A model generated the notes under the pieces. That model was not told the origin of the DNA. It did no database searches and was given only the letters and a program-made list of their open reading frames with translations. This document shows positions 29,333 to 39,477 of a stretch of DNA of 64,000 nucleotides, one piece after another; position 1 is the first letter of the stretch, and each line of letters starts with the position of its first letter. The position numbers were made by a program, and so were the translations under genes. Origin of the DNA: Chitinophagales bacterium (GTDB taxonomy: Bacteria > Bacteroidota > Bacteroidia > Chitinophagales > Chitinophagaceae); assembly GCA_038249665.1 (NCBI GenBank), contig JBBSDF010000006.1, positions 17,685-81,684 of the forward strand. The letters run 5' to 3'.

Positions 29333-29874
29333 ATGACGCATAGTATATAAAACCGGGCGATCGACCCAATACACAGCGATACTACATTTAAAATAAAACA
29401 CCTGTTGATTAGCGAGGTAAAGGGAGATTTTCAGGCGTTTGATGCGGGCATTTATGTCAGGATGGATGTTTTACAAAGGCAGAAGTTGATTGTTGTGCTA
29501 ATGTAGCTGCTGTGAATACCAGAAATGACGGAAGAGATAAAAACTTGTTAGGGAAGGATTTTTTTGATGTAGATAATTTTCCCTAAATTTCGTTTGCGAT
29601 CAATAATTATGATGCGGCATATTGTGACGGAAGCTATATCATTTGAGGAAATTTAATTATTAAGGACATTTCTAAAAGAAAAGAATTGGTTGTAGCATAT
29701 GGAGGAGTTATAAAAGATCCCCTGGGAAATTAAAAGTCGGGATTCAGTGTTTGCGGCACTATCAACAGAACGACGTTCGGGTGGCAGTGGAATGCCGCTA
29801 ATGTAGAAATGGGGGTATTTTTGGGTGAGGAAGTAAATGTCATTTTTGATATTCAATTAAAAAGAAGTGCGTAA
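29333..29874 (+). pseudogene. YceI-family pseudogene
   Basis: Manual translation: AIDPIHSD..FKIKHLLISEVKGDF, then after a frameshift NTRNDGRDKNL..KDFFDVDNFP*...*GNLIIKDI...YGGVIKDPLGN*KSGF...INRTTFG.QWN...EEV; at least 4 in-frame stops (first at 29348-29350). Confidence 0.85.
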
Positions 29875-29962
29875 GAACATTCATGCATGGTATTTGTTTT
29901 ATATAAGCTCAGCGCTTCTCACAAAGATTGGCTTTTTTTAATTATTTAATTATTTAAACAGT

Positions 29963-30523
29963 ATGCAACAGATTTTGATCATTTCTTCCAGTATCCGAAC
30001 AGGGCGAAAAAGCGATCGGGTGGCCCTTTATTTAATGCATCAAATTAACAGCAGAAAGGATGCTACTGCTACGATCGTTGATTTACACGAATACAACTTG
30101 CCCCTGTTTCATGAAAGATTGAGTAACCTGCCTAGTCCACCAGACAACCTTATTTATTTAGCAGATGCCATTAAATCAGCCAATATCGTAATCATTGTAA
30201 CACCAGAATACAATGGCGGATACCCAGCGGCTTTAAAAAATATGATTGATGTATTTTTTGCAGAATGGAAAAGAAAACCAGTTGCTTTTGCTACCGTAAG
30301 TTCAGGTCCTTTTGCTGGCATGAATGTGATCACTTCTATACAATATGTGATGTGGAAATTGGGCGCATGTACAGTTCCAGCAATGTTTCCGGTGGCAACC
30401 GTTGAAAAAGGGTTCGACGAAAATGGGTTGCCCACTGATCCGGAAAACACGAATAAAAGAGCCACTACTTTTATTGAGGAATTAATTTGGTATGGCACCG
30501 CCCTTCAAAGTAAAAATGCGTAA
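29963..30523 (+). CDS. NADPH-dependent FMN reductase
   Basis: SSIRTGRKS, VTPEYNGGYPAALKN, KPVAFATVSSG. Confidence 0.9.
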   Translation: MQQILIISSSIRTGRKSDRVALYLMHQINSRKDATATIVDLHEYNLPLFHERLSNLPSPPDNLIYLADAIKSANIVIIVTPEYNGGYPAALKNMIDVFFAEWKRKPVAFATVSSGPFAGMNVITSIQYVMWKLGACTVPAMFPVATVEKGFDENGLPTDPENTNKRATTFIEELIWYGTALQSKNA

Positions 30524-30608
30524 TTGCCTGTTAAATTAAATACAATGTTGATCAAATACGTACCGTTTCGTATAAAGCCGTTATTTTTGGGAAAATTATA
30601 AATAACTG

Positions 30609-31478
30609 ATGAAACAAATTTTCTTTTTTGCCGCTTTGATTAGCGGAACAACAGCTATAGCGCAGCCTAAATTGGTAAATCAAGCTATCATTAATACCAC
30701 AACAAATATTATAGCTCCCGAGGAAGAAGACGTAGCCAGCGTGCAATCGCAAGGGCAAGGCGGCGGAATGGCTCGTATGTTTTCGGGTGATGGTGAAACC
30801 AAAACGGTGACACACGTAAAAAATGATCTGGTAAAATCTGTGAGTAAATCAGAAACAGGGAGAACCACTATTATCCGAGACAATCAGAAAAAATTGACCA
30901 CTACCCTTTTCGAAATAATGGGAACAAGAAATGGTTTTTATGCTACAGACGAAGAAATGGAATCAGGCAGAAAAAGCATGGACAGCATGATGCGCGCAGG
31001 TGCAGCCAACGATACCAGCAAAAAAGTAGTTCGTCCGGCAGAACCTCCAAAGATCAATATCAGCGTGACAGATGAAACCAAAAAAATTGCTGGCTATACT
31101 TGCAAAAAAGCATATATAATTACTACCCGTATTTTGGGTATTAAGGATACTTCAGTAGCATGGTTTACACCAGATGTAAAAATAAATAATGTGAGCAGTA
31201 CAGGCGGCGGTATGACCAGCATTATGAGCATGGGATCGCCAACAAGCAACCCCATGGCAGGCCTGGAGCAAATAGACGGATTTGTGATGCGCTTTGAAAC
31301 AAAGATGCGTAGAAACAGAATCATGAATGTAGAAGTAACCAAATTAGAAATCGAAAAAGATGTAGCCGATAAAGAGTTTAATATTCCAAAAGATTTTGAC
31401 GTAAAGCCTATGAGTGAAATGCGAAATATGATGAGAGGCGGTATGCCCGTTAGAGAGGGCACGATTCGAATGAATTAA
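30609..31478 (+). CDS. DUF4412/GLPGLI-like exported protein
   Basis: Signal peptide; TDETKKIAGYTCKKA, AWFT and GLEQIDGFVM motifs. Confidence 0.65.
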   Translation: MKQIFFFAALISGTTAIAQPKLVNQAIINTTTNIIAPEEEDVASVQSQGQGGGMARMFSGDGETKTVTHVKNDLVKSVSKSETGRTTIIRDNQKKLTTTLFEIMGTRNGFYATDEEMESGRKSMDSMMRAGAANDTSKKVVRPAEPPKINISVTDETKKIAGYTCKKAYIITTRILGIKDTSVAWFTPDVKINNVSSTGGGMTSIMSMGSPTSNPMAGLEQIDGFVMRFETKMRRNRIMNVEVTKLEIEKDVADKEFNIPKDFDVKPMSEMRNMMRGGMPVREGTIRMN

Positions 31479-31517
31479 TTGTTTTTTATTTCAATTCAAT
31501 TTTTGCAAAAAAATACT

Positions 31518-31550
31518 AAGAAGGACTTCTGTGGGAGTCCTTCTTTTTTT
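31518..31550 (+). terminator. Intrinsic terminator
   Basis: aagaaggactt/gagtccttctt stem plus T-run. Confidence 0.75.
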
Positions 31551-31732
31551 AACCCCGGCTCTATGTATTTTGTGTCATCACCAACTGCTTCATTTAAATC
31601 TTTTAACTGAACTTTCCAATGTAAATGATATAAATGCTACGACTTAGTTGCTATGTTTTAGAAAATAGTTATCATTCTCCCGGAACAATAAAATTTACAA
31701 CCCCGCAGGCTGTATAAAAAAAAGAGCATAAA

Positions 31733-32347
31733 ATGGACTTATTCAGCAATGAGATCGACGATTCAAAAAACTGGTTACCAAAAGATGGGGTAGTACAATA
31801 TTTTGGAAAACTATTCAGCAACGATGAAGCCAATCAGTTTTTTAACTGCTTAATGAATACTATCAACTGGAAAAATGACCAAGCCATCATCTATGGTAAA
31901 TTGATCATCACCAAACGAAAAGTAGCCTGGTACGGCGACAATGCTTTTGATTATACTTATTCCAACAGCACCAAACAAGCCTTACCCTGGACAACTGAAT
32001 TATTACTATTAAAATCAATCATTGAAGAAAAAACCGGGGAAACATTCAACTCATGTTTACTCAACTTATACCACAATGGCGATGAAGGAATGGCCTGGCA
32101 CAGTGATGGAGAAAAAGCTTTAAAGAAAAATGGCGCCATAGGCTCTTTAAGCTTTGGAGCCGAACGTAAATTTTCATTAAAACATAAGGCCACCAAAGAA
32201 ACCGTTTCTCTGCTATTGGAACACGGTAGTTTGTTGTTGATGAAAGACACCACTCAAAGCCACTGGCTTCACAGACTCCCGCCTACCAAGCTTGTGAGCA
32301 AACCAAGAATCAATTTGACCTTCAGAACTATTGATGTCCCAATTTAA
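31733..32347 (+). CDS. AlkB-family 2OG-Fe(II) dioxygenase (ALKBH2/3-like)
   Basis: FNSCLLNLY, WHSD (HxD), HRLP, RINLTFR. Confidence 0.9.
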   Translation: MDLFSNEIDDSKNWLPKDGVVQYFGKLFSNDEANQFFNCLMNTINWKNDQAIIYGKLIITKRKVAWYGDNAFDYTYSNSTKQALPWTTELLLLKSIIEEKTGETFNSCLLNLYHNGDEGMAWHSDGEKALKKNGAIGSLSFGAERKFSLKHKATKETVSLLLEHGSLLLMKDTTQSHWLHRLPPTKLVSKPRINLTFRTIDVPI

Positions 32348-32509
32348 AGATTGTGGTGTTTAAGCTGAAATGGCTTAATGGTAACACTAACAGCAGGGTT
32401 GTAAGAGGTAGGTGAAAAAACAAATTACAAAAATGTAATGTATTATTTTAGGCAAACCATACTTACCAAGAAGTGTATTAGTTCCACTGCACAACTAAAT
32501 CATGTATTT

Positions 32510-33292
32510 TCAAAGGATACCACTCAATCTCTCCATAGACCCCTTATTCTCCGGATGCACAAAAATAAAATCTACTAGACTCGGATCGTGGCCGGCATTG
32601 GTGGGTTCTAGTTTGTTTTGATGGAGGTGGTATTGTTGATATCCTATGCCAAATAAAAAATCTTCCACCACTTTTTTATGGTTACCCCAGGTTTCTACCT
32701 GAATGATGGGTAGGTGTTTTTCGAACACGGGTTTCATTTCGGGGAATACAAATTCCTCGTAACCTTCTATGTCACATTTTAAGAAATCTAATCGGTCAAG
32801 GTCTTTAAACAACTCACTCCCCTTTTTCATCCTGGCTTCAAATTTAAACCCGTACTCTTCCAAATTTCCATGAGTTTCGTTATCGTACACGTTGGGTAAA
32901 CCAGTGCTTAAATAACGGAGGTTTTTGGGTATCACCAACGTGATGTTCTTTTCTTCGGTACCCAACGCATAGGGCATGATCGTTACATGCTTTTTATCTG
33001 CCAAGCGCCATTGTAAGATCTCATTAAATGGAATCACCGGTTCAATGGCATATAATTTTCCAGCACTGCCAACCCATTCTTGCAATAGGTTGGAGTAGTA
33101 ACCCAAGTTAGCACCCAAGTCTATCACTGTATCGCCTTTGCGAACCAAGTTTTTGGCAAAATAATGATACCTGTATTTTGGATTGTTTTTCAACAACCCT
33201 GTTTTGTACAAAAAAAGAAAGGAACTATTTAAGAGCTTTAAATAATTGCGCTGGCTCAACGAGCTGTACAAAATTTTATTCACAAATCCCAT
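32510..33292 (-). CDS. FkbM family methyltransferase
   Basis: IDLGANLGYY, AIEP, LKCDIEGYE. Confidence 0.85.
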   Translation of the reverse strand: MGFVNKILYSSLSQRNYLKLLNSSFLFLYKTGLLKNNPKYRYHYFAKNLVRKGDTVIDLGANLGYYSNLLQEWVGSAGKLYAIEPVIPFNEILQWRLADKKHVTIMPYALGTEEKNITLVIPKNLRYLSTGLPNVYDNETHGNLEEYGFKFEARMKKGSELFKDLDRLDFLKCDIEGYEEFVFPEMKPVFEKHLPIIQVETWGNHKKVVEDFLFGIGYQQYHLHQNKLEPTNAGHDPSLVDFIFVHPENKGSMERLSGIL

Positions 33293-33408
33293 CTGCATTT
33301 AATATTAAACCTTTTCTACTTGTCTTCATGCTATTTTCAATTTATTCTATAAAAATATGGATCATAGCATTAGCATGTTCATAGTAATTTGGTTATTGAA
33401 TATTATAA

Positions 33409-34911
33409 TTATTCTTTGTCCTTTGCCTCATTGTCTTGCTTTGCCACATCTTCACCCTTTAAGTAATTAGGTAAATTTAGACCCGCCATGTTAAAGAGAT
33501 CATTCAGCGGTGGAACTGTTTTCATCAAGCCAGATACAAAATTGGCAGTAGATCCATTGCCATCTGTTCCGCTGCCGCTATCCCATACCGTTATCTTATC
33601 GATTTTCAGATTTTTAACTGCTTCTACCTGGGTTTTTACCAACTCTGGGAGTTTTTCAATCAGCAACAACTGGAAGGCTTTTGTTGGATCTCCACCTGCC
33701 GCAGCTACCACTTCTTTGTAACCTTCGGCTTGTTTAGTTAGAATTTCAAATAAACCTTTTGCTTCGGCCTCCATCTTGGCAAAAATTGCATCTGCCTCTC
33801 CTTTTGCATTTTCCCGAATTGTTTCTGCCTGGGCCTGTGCTTCGATGATCGCTTTTTGTTTAGCTATTTCAGCAGGTACCACAATATTGGCCATTTGGGT
33901 AGCTCTTTCTCTTTCGCTTCGTGCTACTTCTGCTCGTTGTTCCGCTACGTAAGATTCTTCCAATGCTTTTGCTTGCTGCACTTTTTCTGCGGTCACCGCT
34001 ATTCTTAATGCTTCTGCTTCTTTTTCTCTTCTGCTAGCATCTGAATTGGCAATGGTGATCTTCGCTTCGTTCTCCCCGGTTACCGCCACTGAATTGGCTT
34101 CAGAGGTTTTAATCCTTGTATCTCTTGCTGCTTCTGCCCTTCCAATAGATTCGTCTTTTACCGCCAATGCAATACTCACTTCCCTATCTTTTTGGGTATT
34201 CGCAATTTTTACGTCGCGATCTCTATGGGTTTCTGCAATCTGCGTTTCTCTTTCTCTATCTGCTAACGCCTTCCCAATTTCACCAATTTTGGTTTGTTCT
34301 GCCACACTAATAATGGCTTCATTCACCGCTTTAGCAGCAGCTTCTTTACCCAATGCTTCAATGTAACCAGATTCATCTCTGATATCGGTCACGTTGACGT
34401 TAATGAGTTTTAGACCAATTTTTTTAAGTTCAGCATCCACGTTCTTCGAAATATTGTCCAAAAACTTATCTCTATCTGAGTTGATCTCTTCAATGGTCAT
34501 GGTGGCAATCACCAAACGGAGCTGACCAAATAAAATATCTTTCGACAATTCTTGAATTTGTTCTGGTGTAAGACCTAATAACCTTTCTGCTGCATTGTTC
34601 ATGCTATCGGGCTCCGTAGATATCGCAATGGTAAACCTGCAAGGCACGTCCACTCTAATGTTTTGCCTGCTGAGCGCATTCGTTAAATTAGCTTCAATAG
34701 AGATGGGCTTTAAATCTAAGTAAGCATAATCTTGAATCACCGGCCAAATAAATGCTCCACCACCATGCACACATTTGGCGGAAGTACCACCGGTGCGACC
34801 GTAGATCACTAAAATTTTATCAGATGGACATCTTTTGTAACGAGAAATCAAAGCGCTGATCGTTACAAAAAAAACGATCACAATCACAACAATCAAAATC
34901 AATGGTGTCAT
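33409..34911 (-). CDS. Flotillin family SPFH-domain protein
   Basis: N-terminal TM, GQLRLVIATMTIEEI SPFH core, Ala/Glu coiled coil. Confidence 0.9.
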   Translation of the reverse strand: MTPLILIVVIVIVFFVTISALISRYKRCPSDKILVIYGRTGGTSAKCVHGGGAFIWPVIQDYAYLDLKPISIEANLTNALSRQNIRVDVPCRFTIAISTEPDSMNNAAERLLGLTPEQIQELSKDILFGQLRLVIATMTIEEINSDRDKFLDNISKNVDAELKKIGLKLINVNVTDIRDESGYIEALGKEAAAKAVNEAIISVAEQTKIGEIGKALADRERETQIAETHRDRDVKIANTQKDREVSIALAVKDESIGRAEAARDTRIKTSEANSVAVTGENEAKITIANSDASRREKEAEALRIAVTAEKVQQAKALEESYVAEQRAEVARSERERATQMANIVVPAEIAKQKAIIEAQAQAETIRENAKGEADAIFAKMEAEAKGLFEILTKQAEGYKEVVAAAGGDPTKAFQLLLIEKLPELVKTQVEAVKNLKIDKITVWDSGSGTDGNGSTANFVSGLMKTVPPLNDLFNMAGLNLPNYLKGEDVAKQDNEAKDKE

Positions 34912-34935
34912 AACTAAATTGAGTTTTTTGGGTTT

Positions 34936-35502
34936 TTATAATTTTTCTACCAATACCAGATTATTACTTTCTATTTTAACTATACGCACCATACTTCCTG
35001 ATGGTAATTTTTCTTTTTCTGTGATGGCATTGATCTCATGCACTGCCCCATGTACACTTACCTGCACTTTACCAAATCCTGATTTTTGTTCGGGTATGGT
35101 CAAATAAACCGTACCCGTTTGTTGTAAAGTTTTTTGAATGTTGAAGGTATTGTCTTCGCCTAGTTTTTGTAATTGTCGTATTAATAAGAAAAACACTACT
35201 ACAAATAACACGCCCACTAGCACACTGAGGCCAATGAGCAATCCTTTACTGTTTATAGAAGAATAAAATGCTATCCCTGTCCAACCAAGTCCCAGTAAAA
35301 GGTTCACCATATTGCGCAAAGAAAACAATTGGAAGGGGGCTTCTGCACCTGACAAATTGCTATCGAAATCTGCCTCCAGGCCATCTGTAGCATCAGCACC
35401 GACAAACGTGAGTACGGTTTGCACCAAAAATATAAGGGTGGCCGGTATGGCAATAAACCAGAATGTTTTAAGCAGCGGCTCCATTCCATTAAAAAATTCC
35501 AT
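34936..35502 (-). CDS. NfeD-like membrane protein
   Basis: TM helices then GTVYL.IP...GKVQV...AIT OB-fold; directly upstream of flotillin. Confidence 0.8.
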   Translation of the reverse strand: MEFFNGMEPLLKTFWFIAIPATLIFLVQTVLTFVGADATDGLEADFDSNLSGAEAPFQLFSLRNMVNLLLGLGWTGIAFYSSINSKGLLIGLSVLVGVLFVVVFFLLIRQLQKLGEDNTFNIQKTLQQTGTVYLTIPEQKSGFGKVQVSVHGAVHEINAITEKEKLPSGSMVRIVKIESNNLVLVEKL

Positions 35503-35578
35503 ATCGCGGTTAATTTAAGTTGGGTCGAACAAAAAAGTATTCCTACAAAAGTATAAAAAAACGGTTTGCCAAAGCCGA

Positions 35579-36133
35579 TTATTCTTTTCCCAGCATCTTA
35601 TTCAACTTATTATTGATCTGGTTCAGTAGATCGAACTGTTTGGCTTGGCTTTCAAACAATGTTTTAATTTGTTCCTGTTCGAGCAAATCTATTTTTTGGT
35701 GCAAACTTCTGATTTGCATTTCTGCTTTTAAATTAATAAGGTAATCGTTTTCATTTTGTTTACGGTCTTTTTCTTCTTGGCGGTTCTGGCTCATCATAAT
35801 GATGGGAGCCTGTAGTGCTGCTATAGAGGAAAGAATCAGGTTCATTAATATAAATGGATATGGATCAAACTTCCAATGTCCCAGCGCAACCACGTTGAAC
35901 AGTATCCATACTAACAAAAAAATCATGAAGAAAATAATGAATCTCCAGCTACCCCCAAAACGAGCAACTTTATCAGATATTTTCTGACCCCTGGTCAACT
36001 GCTCTTCGGGAGGATGCAATAAATTCTTAATGATCAATTCTTCGGCTGCAATGGATTCTTTAACGATGTTTTGCAATTTTTTCAGATGTTCGTTTTCTTG
36101 CGTCAACATTTTTTTTACCTGATCATTTTTCAT
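35579..36133 (-). CDS. DUF1003 domain protein
   Basis: GGSWRFI, FDPYPFILMNL, QAPIIMMSQNRQ. Confidence 0.9.
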   Translation of the reverse strand: MKNDQVKKMLTQENEHLKKLQNIVKESIAAEELIIKNLLHPPEEQLTRGQKISDKVARFGGSWRFIIFFMIFLLVWILFNVVALGHWKFDPYPFILMNLILSSIAALQAPIIMMSQNRQEEKDRKQNENDYLINLKAEMQIRSLHQKIDLLEQEQIKTLFESQAKQFDLLNQINNKLNKMLGKE

Positions 36134-36217
36134 TCATTTAAATTTTATGTTAAAAACAAAAAACAAAGATGCGATGGTTTTAATCTAAATAAATACAACG
36201 GACTCTTAAAAACTTCC

Positions 36218-36952
36218 TTATTCTCCCATTCCTTCTGCCTCTTCAGTTTTACTACTATTTTTGAGCATATCGTTCACGGCATGTATTTCTGCGTCGGTAA
36301 AATAGCGCCATTTGCCAGGTGCCAACCCGCTTACACTGATGTTCATGATCCTGGTTCTTTTCAAAGAGGTAACCCGGTAACCGAGCGCCTCACACATTCT
36401 TCTTATTTGGCGATTCAGCCCCTGTGTTAGTATGATGCGAAAGCGATGATCACCCTCCTGTTTTACAAAACATTTGTTGGTAACGGCTCCTGGAATTTTT
36501 ACACCGTTCCGCATCTTATTGATAAAATCGACGTTTACGGCTTTATCTACCATCACCATGTATTCTTTTTCGTGTCCGTTGCCCGCCCTCAAAATTTTAT
36601 TTACTATATCTCCATCGTTGGTTAAAAAGATCAAACCTTCTGATAATTTATCCAATCTCCCCACCGGAAATATCCTGGTTTTATAATTTACAAAATCTAC
36701 GATATTGGTTTTGTCTTTGGTATCGGTGGTACAGGTTACGCCTTTTGGTTTATTGAGCAGCAAGTAAACGGTTTGTTTTTTCTTACGAATGGGTTCGCCA
36801 TCAATCTTTACTACATCACCCTCCTTCACCCTGTTGCCTTTGCTGGCATCTTGGTCGTTAATGGTGACCCTACATTCGTCGATATATTTATCAGCCTCTC
36901 TCCTGCTGCAAAAGCCACTGTCGCTGATATACTTATTCAAACTAATATCCAT
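36218..36952 (-). CDS. rluF: 23S rRNA pseudouridine synthase (RluF-like)
   Basis: S4 domain CSRREAD, LNKPKG, GRLDK catalytic Asp, QGLNRQIRRMC. Confidence 0.8.
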   Translation of the reverse strand: MDISLNKYISDSGFCSRREADKYIDECRVTINDQDASKGNRVKEGDVVKIDGEPIRKKKQTVYLLLNKPKGVTCTTDTKDKTNIVDFVNYKTRIFPVGRLDKLSEGLIFLTNDGDIVNKILRAGNGHEKEYMVMVDKAVNVDFINKMRNGVKIPGAVTNKCFVKQEGDHRFRIILTQGLNRQIRRMCEALGYRVTSLKRTRIMNISVSGLAPGKWRYFTDAEIHAVNDMLKNSSKTEEAEGMGE

Positions 36953-37002
36953 TCTGCGAAATACCTCAATATTTATGAATAAATGTGGTTCTGCCGAATT
37001 TA

Positions 37003-37998
37003 TTAATGGGGAAAATTTGCACGGAATACAAATGCATCCATCATCTCCATCACCGTTGCAGCCGACTCAGGGGTACACGGATTGGAACCGGTTCCATTAA
37101 AATATGCTACTACTTTTTCAATCATAGGTTGTTGCACATGCGGCAATGGAGGAAATTCCAGTATCTGTAAGGGTAGATTATTTAATAATACCCGGATGCT
37201 GGTGTTGTTGAAAACGGAAAATTCAATACTACCCTTGGTTCCTCTGATGATGCAAACATCCGATTCCTGATCTGGAGCTGCGTTAAAATTCCACACTCCG
37301 GAAAACTGAATTCCCTTTTCAAACAAAGCCAAACCAGTAATCAAGTCATCAGCAATAGTAGCCGAATGGTGATTACCCGAAATACCTTTGCTGAAGACTG
37401 GATTGCCAAAAAAGAATTGCATCAATCCAAGTTGATGGGGTGCCAGATCGTGAAACAATCCTCCGCCCGACTGTGCAGGATTGAGCCGCCAAGCCAAGGT
37501 GGGTTGTAACAATTCTTTGGCTGTTGGCGGTTTTCTTCGATAATCAATTTGCGCAGTTAGCAGTTTTCCGATGACATTTTGCTTGAGTAACTCCTTTACT
37601 TTTAAAAAAATGGGCTGTGCATTTCGGTAGTGAGCTACCACCAATTTCACGTCTTTTTCCTTTGCAAATGCAGTAATTTTTTTTGCCGAAAAGCTGTTGA
37701 GCGTCATGGGCTTTTCTACATACACTGGTTTACCTGCTTCGATGGTGGCCAGTGCATACAGTTCGTGTGAATCGGGCGGAGTGGCTATGTACACCGCATT
37801 TATAATAGGGTCTTTGATGAGCGCCATTGCGTCGGAATAAAAAACGGGTACCTGATGCCGTTGCGCATAATCGGCAGCTTTTTGATGATCCCTACGCATC
37901 ACAGCATACAAGGAGGAGCCCGCTATTTTGTTAAAAGCCGGACCGCTTTTTACTTCTGTAACATCGCCGCATCCGATGATTCCCCAATGAATGTGCAT
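37003..37998 (-). CDS. Gfo/Idh/MocA family oxidoreductase
   Basis: WGIIGCG, YIATPP, VYVEKP, GGGLFHDLAPH; start ATG 37998. Confidence 0.9.
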   Translation of the reverse strand: MHIHWGIIGCGDVTEVKSGPAFNKIAGSSLYAVMRRDHQKAADYAQRHQVPVFYSDAMALIKDPIINAVYIATPPDSHELYALATIEAGKPVYVEKPMTLNSFSAKKITAFAKEKDVKLVVAHYRNAQPIFLKVKELLKQNVIGKLLTAQIDYRRKPPTAKELLQPTLAWRLNPAQSGGGLFHDLAPHQLGLMQFFFGNPVFSKGISGNHHSATIADDLITGLALFEKGIQFSGVWNFNAAPDQESDVCIIRGTKGSIEFSVFNNTSIRVLLNNLPLQILEFPPLPHVQQPMIEKVVAYFNGTGSNPCTPESAATVMEMMDAFVFRANFPH

Positions 37999-38002
37999 AT
38001 TG

Positions 38003-39298
38003 TTATTTTTTAGCAGCAATATTTTTAATGGCAGCAATCAATTTATCAAGGTCTTTCAATGTTGTGTATATATGTGGCGTTATTCTAACGCACTCGATGT
38101 TTTCCCAAACTATCCCCACGGTATGTATCTTATACGTGTTAAACAATTCACTGTCGAGTTGGGCAGGCGTTTTTCCGGCCACACTTACCCCACATATAGC
38201 GCATGACCACCTGGGATCTAAAGATGTATGTAGTTTTACACCTGGTATTTGTTGTACTGCAGACGCCCAATAATTTTTTAAATAATGTATCCTGGCTTGT
38301 TTCCTGGCCGATCCGATGGCATTGTGGAAGTTGATGGCTTCCCCAATGGCTTGTTCAATTGGAAAACTACGGGTACCAAGGGTTTCAAACTTACGAATGT
38401 CATCGGATTCAGGTTTGTCGTTGCACATCATGGGCCATAATGCTGCGATTCGATCTTTTTTAACCCATAACATTCCACTGCCTACTGCGGCACTCAAAAA
38501 TTTGTGTAAACTCGTTCCAAAATAATCACAGCCAAGATCGGGTATTTTAAAATCGAGTAAGCCAAAAGAATGTGCTCCATCAACAATGGTTTGAATTCCT
38601 TTTCGTTTAGCCATATCCGTTAGTCGTTTCACCGGCATAATTTGACCCACCCAATTGATTAGATGCGTAATATGCAGCACCTTGGTAGCTGGTGTAATGG
38701 ATTTTTCGAATGCGGACACGATAGCATCATCATTCTCTATAGGAAAATCGAAACTGATCTGTTTGTACACAATTCCTTCTCTCAAAGCCCGTTGTTTCCA
38801 GGCTTGTATCATGTTGGGGTAGTCTTGTTTGGTGCCGATCACTTCATCGCCTTTTTGCAAACGTAGTCCGTAAATCACCGTATTTAAGGCCTCGGTAGCG
38901 TTGCGGTTGATGGCAATTTCGTTGGGATCGCATCCTGCCAACTCAGCTAATTTTGCTCGCAAGGGTTCTCTTCCCTGATCCAAAATTCGCCACATATAAT
39001 AAGAAGGCCCCTCATTTGCCAATTGATTGTAACGCTGCAATGCCTGTTGCACAATTGTGGGTGCAGGGCTCACGCCACCATTATTGAGGTTGATAATGTT
39101 GGGATTTACCGTATATGCCTGTTGAATAAAACTCCAGTAGTCTTCGTCTGCAGCCAATACCTCGGGTAATAGATGTGATTTATCCTGCAAGGCTGATTTC
39201 CAGGTTGCTGCAACAGTTTGGTTGAAAAGGCTATTCAAAGAAAATGCGCCGGTAAGCATGGCGGCTTTTTGTAAAAAAGCCCTGCGATTGCGTTCCAT
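38003..39298 (-). CDS. Class V aminotransferase (isopenicillin N epimerase-like) with Tat signal
   Basis: NRRAFL twin-arginine motif; LNNGG, VDGAHSFG, SLHKF (PLP lysine). Confidence 0.85.
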   Translation of the reverse strand: MERNRRAFLQKAAMLTGAFSLNSLFNQTVAATWKSALQDKSHLLPEVLAADEDYWSFIQQAYTVNPNIINLNNGGVSPAPTIVQQALQRYNQLANEGPSYYMWRILDQGREPLRAKLAELAGCDPNEIAINRNATEALNTVIYGLRLQKGDEVIGTKQDYPNMIQAWKQRALREGIVYKQISFDFPIENDDAIVSAFEKSITPATKVLHITHLINWVGQIMPVKRLTDMAKRKGIQTIVDGAHSFGLLDFKIPDLGCDYFGTSLHKFLSAAVGSGMLWVKKDRIAALWPMMCNDKPESDDIRKFETLGTRSFPIEQAIGEAINFHNAIGSARKQARIHYLKNYWASAVQQIPGVKLHTSLDPRWSCAICGVSVAGKTPAQLDSELFNTYKIHTVGIVWENIECVRITPHIYTTLKDLDKLIAAIKNIAAKK

Positions 39299-39477
39299 AT
39301 ATTAATATTTATTTGTTCAACAATTGAATTTATAAAAGCTGCCGCTAATTTTCTAGATTTTTATGTGGATAAAATATTACTGTAGAAGAATAATTTCGTG
39401 GTGTAGAATTTGTTAAATTTACGCTTTGCGTCCCTAGTTGAGAAATTTTAGTTCAACAATTCAATTTCCTATTCATT

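Noticed and set aside
29481-29492. AGAAGTTGATTG match to the ncRNA 5' end
   Set aside because: It lies in the YceI pseudogene frame (A-E-V-D), with no -7 box before it and no complementary arm downstream.
20065-29874. Stop-codon reassignment or readthrough as the explanation for the interrupted cupin and YceI frames
   Set aside because: All three stop codons end normal genes in this window and both loci also contain frameshifts, so ordinary decay is simpler.
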